Positions 1 to 9,125 of a DNA stretch of 64,000 nucleotides are shown piece by piece; the first letter of the stretch is position 1, and each line of letters starts with the position of its first letter. The DNA comes from Lingula anatina (lineage: Eukaryota > Animalia > Brachiopoda). The position numbers were made by a program, and so were the translations under genes. The stretch is from contig CM120647.1 of the NCBI GenBank assembly GCA_051362555.1, forward strand, positions 17,212,651 through 17,276,650, given 5' to 3'. The notes beneath the pieces were generated by a model. The model did no database searches, was not told the origin of the DNA, and saw only the letters and a program-made list of their open reading frames with translations.

Positions 1-477
1 CATCATAATCCGGGACAAAACAGGCTTCATCTAGTATGTCTAAATCCGTATCTGAAATAAACTTATACAATGGTTTATTTTCTTGAATGAACATACATGA
101 TAATGAGCTTTTCTTTCAAATGAATATTAAAGTAATATTACATTAATAGCATAGTATTACATTAACAACATAGTATTACAGCATGAACATAATATTACAT
201 TAATTACTAACATAGTATTACAGCATTGCCGCATTAACTATGTACAAATATTTACATAAACAAAGGTCATTCAAATAAAGAAAAACAAAACTTCAATTCC
301 AAATCAAACCAATTCAAAAACCAAATCTTCTGGTACAATTAAACACAAATGTCTATATTCTTTCTTTTCCCATTTGTAATATAACTCAGTTATATATATA
401 TATCAGTTGTTCTTTGTAATTCCACAATTTTTTCACAGCCATACTACACATTACAACTGACTCTTTCGGTTCATTTT

Positions 478-2049
478 CTAACCAACACCTTCTCTACTGA
501 AAGACTTTCCTAGGAATTCGCATTTTGTTTGGAAAAGAAAACACTTCTTAGGCTTTAACTTCAAATTGTAAGAACGCAATCTCTCCAAAACCTCTTTCAA
601 ATTCTTAAGATTATCTTCAAAATTCTTTCCTAACACAGCCATATCAATCAAACTCAAAAATTGATTTCCAGCCAGACAATCTAAACAATCACCAATGTTT
701 GGAATAGTATAAGAATCTTTGATAGTTTTCTTATTTAATTCCCTATAATCCACACACCATCTAACACTTCCATCTTTCTTTCTTATCAAAACTGGTGGGG
801 ATGCCCATTCAGAATTTGATGGCTGAATAACATCAGAAGCTAACAACTTTTCAAGCATCTTTCTCTCTTCTCCTTCCATTCCCAATGGAGTTCTACGCAA
901 TTTCTGTTTCACAGGAGCTGCACTACCAGTGTTAATAGTATGTTTAACACCTTTCATGCACCCTAAATCAAGATCATGCTTTGCAAATACATCTTCATAA
1001 TCTCTCAAAGTTTCACACAATACAACCATTCCATTTGAATCAAGCTCCTCACTTGATCTTTCAAATAAATCTTGCAAATGTTCAGGCAAATCTCTTTTCA
1101 AACTTCTCATCACTTCTTTATCCATATTTTCATCTATATTCAACTTCATTTCAGCTTTATTCACAGCAGACACCCTTGCTTTCTCATCTACATATTCTTT
1201 ACATCTCACTTCAGAAGCAACTGTCTCAACTTCCTTAATAACACCCAACACACTACCTGCTTTCAAAACAGCATTTCTTTCTCCATCATTCACTATCTCT
1301 ATAGGAACAACTTCATCACCTTTAACTAATGCACAAGATACCAACACTTGTCTATCAACACAAGGTTCTATCACATACTCTTTCTTTTTCTCTAACTCAT
1401 AATCTGCACAAACAGAAATTCTCATCACCGTCAATGGAGGAACTACTATTCTCTTTTTCGTTCTCACCATATTTTCACAAATTTCAACTTCTTTCTTCAT
1501 TTCATCAACACATTTCTCATCACTTTTAGCTTCTGTCTCATCATTCACTTTACTCAAATCAGAGTCACCTTCAACTTCTATGCTTCCCTGCACACATTTC
1601 TCTCCAATGATCAATGTTTGATCAACTAAATTCACCACACAATTTCTCTCCTTCAAAAACTTCAATCCCAACAACATATCAATTCCTTCTTGCAAATCTG
1701 CAACATACACATTTTCCTTATATTCTATCCCATCTATCTCAATACTCAAATTTTCTACTATATGACCCATCATAAATGCATTTTTTCCAGCAAGCATTAA
1801 TTTCAGAGTCTCACAAAATTCAGGCACACCCTGCAATTTACTATAAAATATTTTATTTACGATAGTAAATTGAGCTGCCGTATCCACAACTGCTAATGTT
1901 TTCACACCACCTACACTAACAGGAATCACAAAATTTTCTCCCACTAATTCTCCAACATTCATCATTTTCACATTTCCACTATCCATAATCCGACCTTCAA
2001 CATGAAGTAAGGGATCCGAAATCCGGTCGGTCAATTCGTCCCGTTCTAG
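478..2049 (-). CDS. pol: Gypsy Pol (-1 frame): intact aspartic protease, RT with catalytic core deleted, no RNase H or integrase in frame
   Basis: Protease: LAVVDTAAQFTIV and IDMLLGLKFL. RT N-part: WASPPVLIRKKDGSVRWCVDYRELNK. SLIDMA is joined directly to VLGKNFEDNL, so the PFGL and YxDD motifs are absent. Stop at 478 after FLGKSFSREGVG. Confidence 0.9.
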   Translation of the reverse strand, partial: LERDELTDRISDPLLHVEGRIMDSGNVKMMNVGELVGENFVIPVSVGGVKTLAVVDTAAQFTIVNKIFYSKLQGVPEFCETLKLMLAGKNAFMMGHIVENLSIEIDGIEYKENVYVADLQEGIDMLLGLKFLKERNCVVNLVDQTLIIGEKCVQGSIEVEGDSDLSKVNDETEAKSDEKCVDEMKKEVEICENMVRTKKRIVVPPLTVMRISVCADYELEKKKEYVIEPCVDRQVLVSCALVKGDEVVPIEIVNDGERNAVLKAGSVLGVIKEVETVASEVRCKEYVDEKARVSAVNKAEMKLNIDENMDKEVMRSLKRDLPEHLQDLFERSSEELDSNGMVVLCETLRDYEDVFAKHDLDLGCMKGVKHTINTGSAAPVKQKLRRTPLGMEGEERKMLEKLLASDVIQPSNSEWASPPVLIRKKDGSVRWCVDYRELNKKTIKDSYTIPNIGDCLDCLAGNQFLSLIDMAVLGKNFEDNLKNLKEVLERLRSYNLKLKPKKCFLFQTKCEFLGKSFSREGVG

Positions 2050-2055
2050 TTTACC
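1990..2055 (-). promoter_or_regulatory. Programmed -1 ribosomal frameshift signal (slippery heptamer plus putative pseudoknot)
   Basis: G GUA AAC (2055-2049) lies directly before the gag UAG; pol is in the -1 frame and open across the site. After a 6-nt spacer, GGGACGAA pairs with UUCG(GA)UCCC, and loop CCGACC pairs with downstream GGUCGG. Confidence 0.7.
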
Positions 2056-4091
2056 GAATTTCTTGCACCAGGAGGAGGATTCTTTGGCATTTCTCTATTT
2101 TGAGGGCAATTTGTTTGAATGTGACCTCTCTGTCCACATTTATGACAAATCAAAATAGAACTTGGGCTGGCATTTTTATTAACATTGGGATTAGGTGGAT
2201 GTTCTACAATTTCATTCTTACAATCCCTTTGAACATGACCTCTTTCTCCACATTTAAAACATTGTGGTGGACCCCCTCTACTTTGATTTACATTTCCATT
2301 CTGGGGCGACTTTACCATTCTACCAGAATTTCTCTGAGAATTCGACGGTGACACCCATGCGTCATTCATTCTTTTCATCTGATCACACATTGCAGACATG
2401 GTTCTTTGCATATTGTAGAGTAATTGATTTCCACTTCCATTCTCCACACTCTGATCAGACATTCCAACTTGTCTAATATGCACATTTCTTCCACCTGTAC
2501 CATACACAGCTTTGAAGTTATTGTTTGCAACTTTCACAAACTCTAAAGCTTCAAATAAATCTTTAGGCTCTTTATCCATAGCCAATTTTGCAGATTCTTT
2601 GTCACGACACCCTCTCAAAAATGAATCCACAGCTATTCCTTCACCACCTTCTGCATATCCCTCTCTAGATGCCATGAACACACGATGAGAAAAATCTTGC
2701 AAAGATTCGCTTTCACCCTGTCTCATTGATTGAAGTGCTCTACGTGCAGATGAAGCAGACTCTTTCATACTAAAACGTTTTGACATCACTTCTTTCAAAC
2801 GTTTATATTTGCAGTTTCCAAACTCCACCGCATACTCAAGAGCTCTGTCTTCCAAACATTCAATCATTCTGCTAGTTTTTCTTTTATCATTCCATCCGTA
2901 TCTTTCTGCCATTCCTTCAAACTTAAATACAAAAGCTTCCCAATTTTCTCTTCCATTCCCACTAAAACTAGGCATTTTATGAACAGGTCCTTTTTCTCTT
3001 TCAACTAAAGGAACTTTTTTCTGTTCAAATTCAGATTCACTTTCGCTTTCACTATCACTTTCACTCTCTTCTAGTTTCAGTATTGGTTTTTTCACAGGGG
3101 TTTCCAAACTTTTCTTTTTACTACTTCTAGGTGCAGGTGTGGGTCTACTTTTAATATTTCTAGGAGTCGGCCTTGGAATTTTTTCTAAATCATGTTGTAA
3201 ATGCATTCTCTCATACTGAGTTTGCAAATGATCATGACGTGCTGTCATTTCATCCAATTGCAATTTCAAATCCATTTTTTCAATTTCACACTTCTGCAAA
3301 CTTTCTACACGTTTTCTCAACAATTCGTTCTGTGTTTCAACCTGAGCATGTAACATCATTTCTTTTGCGGAATACTCTCTACACTCTTCTTCCATTTCCA
3401 TTTCTTTTTTCATCAACACTTGTTTAGTTTTTCCCAACTCACTCTGAATTTTCACATTTCTTTCTTTCAACATATCATTTTCATTTTTCAAATCACACTT
3501 CTCACTCTCTAAACTATACTTTTCACTTTTCAAAGCATATTTCTCTTTTTCTAATGCACTCTTTTCATTTTCCAACACAGATTTCTCATCTTCCAATGCA
3601 TTCCTCTCTTGTTTCAACTTTTTGTAATCAATTGCCATTTCTGAATTTTCAACTTCCAACTTTTTCACTTTAGCATCATTCATCTCCAATTCACTAGATA
3701 AAAATTCTATCTTTTCTCCCGCTTCTTCTACCTCATCTCGAAGATTTGATATCATTTCATTTTGTACCTTCACTCGCTCCATCAACTTTCTATACTTTTC
3801 TTCCCAATTCACACTCTCTTCCTTTTTCTCATCTCCAACTTTTGAACCTTCACCTTTTTCTTCCATTACACCCAGAATCACATTACCCTTCTTTTCCCAT
3901 TTCTGCCATTCTGCTACACTAATACCAGTAATTTCTTCCAAATCACTCAACAGCAATTTTCCTTTTTGATTTCTCAAAGACACCAATCTATGAGCTTTCA
4001 CCGGACCAATTCCTTTCAAATTTTTCAATTCTGTCTCAGACGCTGTCTGCACATTCAACACAACACTGCTTTCTACATTACCCGACGCCAT
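2046..4091 (-). CDS. gag: Gypsy Gag: N-terminal (HhH)2 module, long coiled coil, capsid domain, two CCHC zinc knuckles
   Basis: Uninterrupted ~681-aa ORF, ATG at 4091. HhH: LNVQTASETELKNLKGIGPVKAHRLV...DLEEITGIS. Capsid: MPSFSGNGRENWEAFVFKFE...MRQGESESLQDF. Knuckles: CFKCGERGHVQRDC and CHKCGQRGHIQTNC. Confidence 0.93.
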   Translation of the reverse strand: MASGNVESSVVLNVQTASETELKNLKGIGPVKAHRLVSLRNQKGKLLLSDLEEITGISVAEWQKWEKKGNVILGVMEEKGEGSKVGDEKKEESVNWEEKYRKLMERVKVQNEMISNLRDEVEEAGEKIEFLSSELEMNDAKVKKLEVENSEMAIDYKKLKQERNALEDEKSVLENEKSALEKEKYALKSEKYSLESEKCDLKNENDMLKERNVKIQSELGKTKQVLMKKEMEMEEECREYSAKEMMLHAQVETQNELLRKRVESLQKCEIEKMDLKLQLDEMTARHDHLQTQYERMHLQHDLEKIPRPTPRNIKSRPTPAPRSSKKKSLETPVKKPILKLEESESDSESESESEFEQKKVPLVEREKGPVHKMPSFSGNGRENWEAFVFKFEGMAERYGWNDKRKTSRMIECLEDRALEYAVEFGNCKYKRLKEVMSKRFSMKESASSARRALQSMRQGESESLQDFSHRVFMASREGYAEGGEGIAVDSFLRGCRDKESAKLAMDKEPKDLFEALEFVKVANNNFKAVYGTGGRNVHIRQVGMSDQSVENGSGNQLLYNMQRTMSAMCDQMKRMNDAWVSPSNSQRNSGRMVKSPQNGNVNQSRGGPPQCFKCGERGHVQRDCKNEIVEHPPNPNVNKNASPSSILICHKCGQRGHIQTNCPQNREMPKNPPPGARNSVN

Positions 4092-4540
4092 TTTCACTTC
4101 CAGTTTCCCACAACCTATTACACAATTTTATTGATAATAGCAATGCAGCTGTGCCACAAAAACTACACAATAAAATACTTTCACCACTACCACACTTTAC
4201 TGTTTGAAGAAAGTTTCAGCAAAAAGCCACTACTAAACTTCACAGTAAATACAAACAAATTTCTCACACTATTCAACCTACTCATATATACACCTATGAT
4301 GAAACACTTTCAACACAGACGAACAAGGTAGAATAGTACTCTATCAATATATGCTATTGCAATATTGATAAAAATATACAATAAACAATTCACACTCACT
4401 CCTTCATTCAGCAAGTCAGTGAAAAACACAAATTTGAAACCTTTATTTTAAATAAATGCTTTTCTTTGTAAATAAACTCACTAAATTATGTTCTGTATTC
4501 TAATTACAACATAAGGCTCTACACGCACGGGCCTGTAATT

Positions 4541-5045
4541 ACATGTGGTCTGTCCGACTACTACTCAGTACACGTGGTCTTTCTGACTACTACTCAGTAC
4601 ACGTGGTCCGCAATGTCTCCGCAGTTGTAGTATCACAACAGAAAATTAGTACAAAATATCTCTAAACTACTAAAATGAATTCTAAACTGAAAATATTTAC
4701 TGAATTGCCGCGAGTATTAAACAACAATGAAAATGAAATATCACTGCTATATATTCCGACTAGTTCGCGTCTTGCAACAAGTCCCGACTAACACGTGTCA
4801 CTATCTTTCCAACTCTCACTCAGTCATACACAAAGCTTTTCAAAAATTCCAATATCACTAATAACTACTAATTCTATCCTCTAACTACACAAGCTACACA
4901 AATTCTATCCCGTAAACTGACAACGTAAGCTACACAAATTGAATTCTGTCAATTTAACAACATATGCTACACAAATTGTATCCTTTCAATTAATAAGCAA
5001 CACAAACTCTATCCTGTCGTAAGCTACACAAACTCTATCCTGTCG
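4541..5045. repeat. Short tandem repeats in the retroelement 5' leader
   Basis: ~29-bp unit CACGTGGTCT..GACTACTACTCAGTA x2.3 (4541-4610). Several degenerate AAGCTACACAAA(T/C)TCTATCC units (4870-5045). Confidence 0.75.
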
Positions 5046-5054
5046 ACTGCGCCA
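5037..5054 (-). promoter_or_regulatory. Primer binding site, complementary to the 3' end of tRNA-Ser
   Basis: Minus strand TGGCGCAGTCGACAGGAT, 2 nt after the LTR end. Complementary to ...ATCCTGTCGACTGCG-CCA, resembling metazoan tRNA-Ser 3' ends (compare the TGGCGCAGTCGGTAGGAT PBS of Drosophila 17.6/297-type elements). Confidence 0.85.
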
Positions 5055-5056
5055 AT

Positions 5057-5422
5057 TGTTACGCCTTCGCGGCCGAGTGCCTTATGAAGGTACAAATAAC
5101 AATGTACTTACTGGTGTCTCAGAGTATAAGCACAGAGAGAGAGTCTCAAAGATCCGCAAAGAAGGACCAAAAGAACCAAGAGAGCTACAAAGTCAGCCGC
5201 AAAGAGAGCCGCAAAGAGGCCGATTTATTTCACGTTACACCTTATATACAAGTTCAGATAGTACACGTTTACCAATCAGAACCAACTATACAATGAACAG
5301 TTTTACCTTTAGGTTACCAATCACGGGAGAGATTCAAACTTGCACACCGGACAACACTTTACTTACAGAGACATCTACCGGTAGCAATGTAAAACAATCT
5401 CAACTAACACAACATCGTCACA
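5057..5422 (-). mobile_element. 5' LTR (366 bp) of Ty3/Gypsy retrotransposon
   Basis: Minus strand begins TGTGACG (5422) and ends CGTAACA (5057): TG..CA termini with a 7-bp inverted repeat (1 mismatch). Internal TATATAAG (5241-5248) is followed by AATAAA (5224-5229). A PBS follows 2 nt downstream. The partner 3' LTR is not in the window. Confidence 0.85.
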
Positions 5423-6629
5423 CTGCAACCTACCCGACGGGAGTTCGTGTCCCTGTCGGTACTTTTGAAGATTTTGAAATTGTCATTATTACAGATATCT
5501 GTTAATATATAAAACAGTCGTGGCTAATTGTTTTTGCAACGGAAAGCACAGTAGGAAGGTTTGTTGTTATTGTTAAAGTTATTATTACTGGGGACATAAA
5601 TTAGTATGCTAATCTCTTATCATGGTATAATGATTGATACGATGGGTATCAAATAGAGAGCGGCCTTCCAAATATCTTTGCTGAATGTTTATAACGTAGG
5701 TACTATTATGCGCAAAAATATTGATACATGACGCAAACGACATTTACTAATTTTGGTAATATCAATTTTAATTAAAATTAAATTTAATTGAAATTAAAAT
5801 TAAAATTTGTCTAAACGTGCATATTACCATTCACCTTGTTTAAAGGGTTCGCAACACTTTACATTCTAATACATTTTGCCAATTTTCATGTTTGCTAGTT
5901 TATTTTGATTTGAGAGAAAGCGAGAGAAGAACCTCTACTAGGGCCGCAAATTAATTATGAGTATTTTTCTTCAGTGCAAGAGACTGTGTAATGAAAAATC
6001 AATCTGTAACTCTGGTATAGGGTGGCCTTGTGTGTGTAATAATATACAAGTAGGGGCAGGGGTACAGTTTTATAGTACAAATAGTCATTTTATACATCTT
6101 ATTGATCTCATCGTCGGGTCATTGTTTACAATAGCGCTTTGTCGCTGTGCGTACCTTTTTGCATTTGAGTTAGACTCAGTCAGTAACAGCTGGTGATTTT
6201 GTCTTTTTTGCGTTTCATTGACAATATTTTGGCCACCTAAGTAGGGAAATGTGGCTCTTTGTTTTGAAATGACATTTCCATTGTTCCTTTAAACATGCAA
6301 AAGTCAACACACTTACGTCAACATACTTACTTTGTAATACCAACCCAGGGGAAGAAACAAAAGCCTCATAAGGTGTCGTCATTCACACTGTAAAAGGTGT
6401 TAATTGCATGCTTCTATTGTTTGCCCATGAATCATTATGACAAATTTGTAGGGTTGCCAGATCACTGGCGCTTCATTCAATTCTCTATATCTGCCCTGCA
6501 GCCTGGGATGAGTGATACTTGACTGACCTTTGTTTACATCTGGAGATTTTCTTTATAATTCGATCAGTGTGCATAAATTATATTTTCCATCAGGAAAAAT
6601 ACGTGATAATGTTACGATTCTTATTTTAC

Positions 6630-7685
6630 GGATACATAATTACAAAAATTAATTCCTGATTTAATACCCCCTATTTCAGCGCCTATTCCTGGCTGCGTTA
6701 ATTATGGGGGCTGGAAAGTAATCCGTTAGAACGCAGGAGTGATGATTGCTACTCTTACCAACGGTGCATCACCGATCAACTAATCTCAGCCACCTGAAGC
6801 AGAATCACCAACAAAAGACAAATTGGACTACGTCTGCCTTCTTGTTGAGACATCTTATGTAAAAAAGGCGATAACGGTCAAAACATACGTGCTTCGTAGT
6901 TTATTAAATGTTCATCGTATTTTTTCGTTCGTTATTCTTATGAGTTAAGCAGCTTCACCTCCGTGACACCCTTTTTATTTATTTAAACTATGTTAGATAA
7001 ACCATGGGTTTCACTCCAGATTTCAAGATCGAGCAGCTGATCATGAGGAGAGTGTAGCATGCTATAGTAAACTACCCCAAATATATATACAACACCTCCA
7101 GGGTTTCACGATCGAGCAAGTGATCATGAGGAGAGAGTGTAGCAGAGAACTTCATTAATGGTCGTCATAATTGGTGGTTGCCTTGGGAAAATGAGTTACA
7201 TGATTACATAATACAGATACATAATAACATAAGATTAATACTAAAATTTTCCCTGATACAAAAACCCCTATTTGAGCGCTTATTCCTGACTGCGTTAATT
7301 ACGGGTGATTAGAAAGTAATCTATGAGGACGCAGGAGCGATGATCGCTACTCTTACCAACGGTAAATCACCGATTTACTTGACTCCGCTACTTCGAGCAA
7401 AATCACACACCACCAAAAGACAAATTAGACCACGTTCGTCCTCTTATTAAAACAAAGAATGTAAAAATGTGATGTCGGTCAAAGAAGAGGCCTAGACTAC
7501 GTGCTTCATGGTTTATTAGATAGGCCTATTCATTGGATTTTTTTATTTCATTATTATAGCTTCACCTCGCGAGACCCTTTTTTATATATTTAAAACACAG
7601 CACCCCACTGGTTTCGCGATCATGAAGAAAGGGAGTGTAGCAAAGAACCTCATTAATGGTCGTAATAATAGGTGGTTGCATTGTA
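6630..7685. repeat. Old diverged tandem duplication, two ~550-600 bp units
   Basis: Collinear shared blocks in both units (~6630-7185 and ~7215-7685), e.g. CCCCTATTT.AGCGC.TATTCCTG.CTGCGTTAATT, GCTACTCTTACCAACGGT, AAAAGACAAATT and CATTAATGGTCGT.ATAAT.GGTGGTTGC. Confidence 0.8.
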
Positions 7686-8921
7686 GGCCTAACCTTGTTC
7701 ATTTTAGTCGACAGACTAAGCTAGAAGAAAGAAAAGATCATTATCGCCTCTCTTTACTAAGGAACAATAAGGATGGCTAGTGGCAGCATTTATAAGTTCT
7801 TTTATTTAGAAACTTTCCGATCCTTTGTTTGGGACTGCGTCCGAGAAACGGCGATAACGACAGAGACGTCCTCGAACATTTTGGACTCAGTGCAAATAAA
7901 AAAAAATCCGTTAAGAAGTAGCCTTTAAATGTCCTGGCAAATAATTTTGCGATGGCTCAGAGAGTTCTAGAATGAATGACAAGCAACGACATTAGGGTTA
8001 ATAATAGACTAAAAACTATCAGAGTGTAGGCCTGTCTTACTTCATTTCTAAGGCCATCTTGTGATACGAGTCATGCTACACTACAAAAGAGGGGGTAGCA
8101 GTGGATGATTTAATACAGGGATACCATCGATAGTATATCAATAGAAAATCGCAATCCTCAAATGTTTTTTAATTCATTAAATATAAACGGTCTTTTCTCG
8201 TACAATGGGTCTGGTATAGTTGTATTGGCCTATCAGTTGGAAACACGTGGTTCGTCTACAATTGCAAATGGCGGAGGTGCCGTGGTAGTTATTGTCGTAA
8301 AATTAGCTGGATACGGTGCACGTGAGAAAATTATTCATTAAATTTAGTTTTCGAGCGTCAGCTTAATCTGGTAAAATGCGAGACGAAAAAAATGATAGAT
8401 AGAGCCTTATGACCCACTGTAGAATGATGCCGAATAATACATCAACGACGTAGTTAATCGGCAGATAAACGTGTTTCCATTCTCGGCTGACTGAGGAAAG
8501 GTTTGAGAGAGCATTTAAAGAAGAGGCGGTCGAACCAATAGTGAGTAGGAAGTGTGCTGCAATCAAGACGAACAATACCGATCATAAGTGGACAGCTAAT
8601 AACCCCTAATTAACCCCGGGTTACGCGCTGCTGTGTTGACTCCTTGCTGGGAAGGGGTAGCGGCCTCCTACTGCTGTGCGTAATCAAACATTGTCTTCTA
8701 ACATGCGGCTACACGACGGTTGCATTGTATTAATAAAGTAATACCTATTCATAAGGAAGGGGGCGGATGGTAATCTTACGAGAATTAAATCAGTTATCGA
8801 TCATACGCGTACCAATAGTCGTGTTTTTTTTTAGCTATACGGTAGATGAGATGCACTACTTTCCAACCCCGCTTAGGATCATTGCTATCACATCGCGCAC
8901 CAGGCAAAATCGGTGTGGTGG

Positions 8922-9032
8922 CTGATACTCTGTAATGCGATCTGACACACACCTTGAAAACGGGTAGTGTGGTCTGATAAACCGGTTTATTCTGGATCTG
9001 TAGGTGCCGAGTCTGGTAGTTGGGTAGGCCTG
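8922..9032. mobile_element. Solo arm of the CAGGCCTACCCAACT MITE family (full copy at 60342-60972)
   Basis: Near-identical to 60862-60972: GATCTGACACACACCTTGAAAACGGGTAGTGTGGTC...CCGAGTCTGGTAGTT.GGTAGGCCTG. Confidence 0.85.
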
Positions 9033-9125
9033 CTTATGAAAATCCCAATAGATTGTGTCCTGTAGGACGTCATATCAAAACTTCACCCCCATGAATTGAA
9101 CATGTATGTCTCTTCCTTTTTGTAG

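Noticed and set aside
1-477. RNase H/integrase or 3' LTR of the retroelement
   Set aside because: Multiple stops, AT-rich with short CATAGTATTACA repeats, and no similarity to the 5057-5422 LTR.
981-3427. Several short plus-strand ORFs
   Set aside because: Antisense shadows of gag and pol.
3912-4060. Bacterial comEA gene, contamination or recent horizontal transfer
   Set aside because: The HhH module is fused in frame to Gag with the same A-rich composition, inside an LTR element. Its origin (bacterial vs host EEPD1-like) cannot be decided from sequence alone.
5056-5505. 149-aa plus-strand ORF
   Set aside because: Coincides with the LTR in antisense, starts at TTG and has no recognisable motifs.
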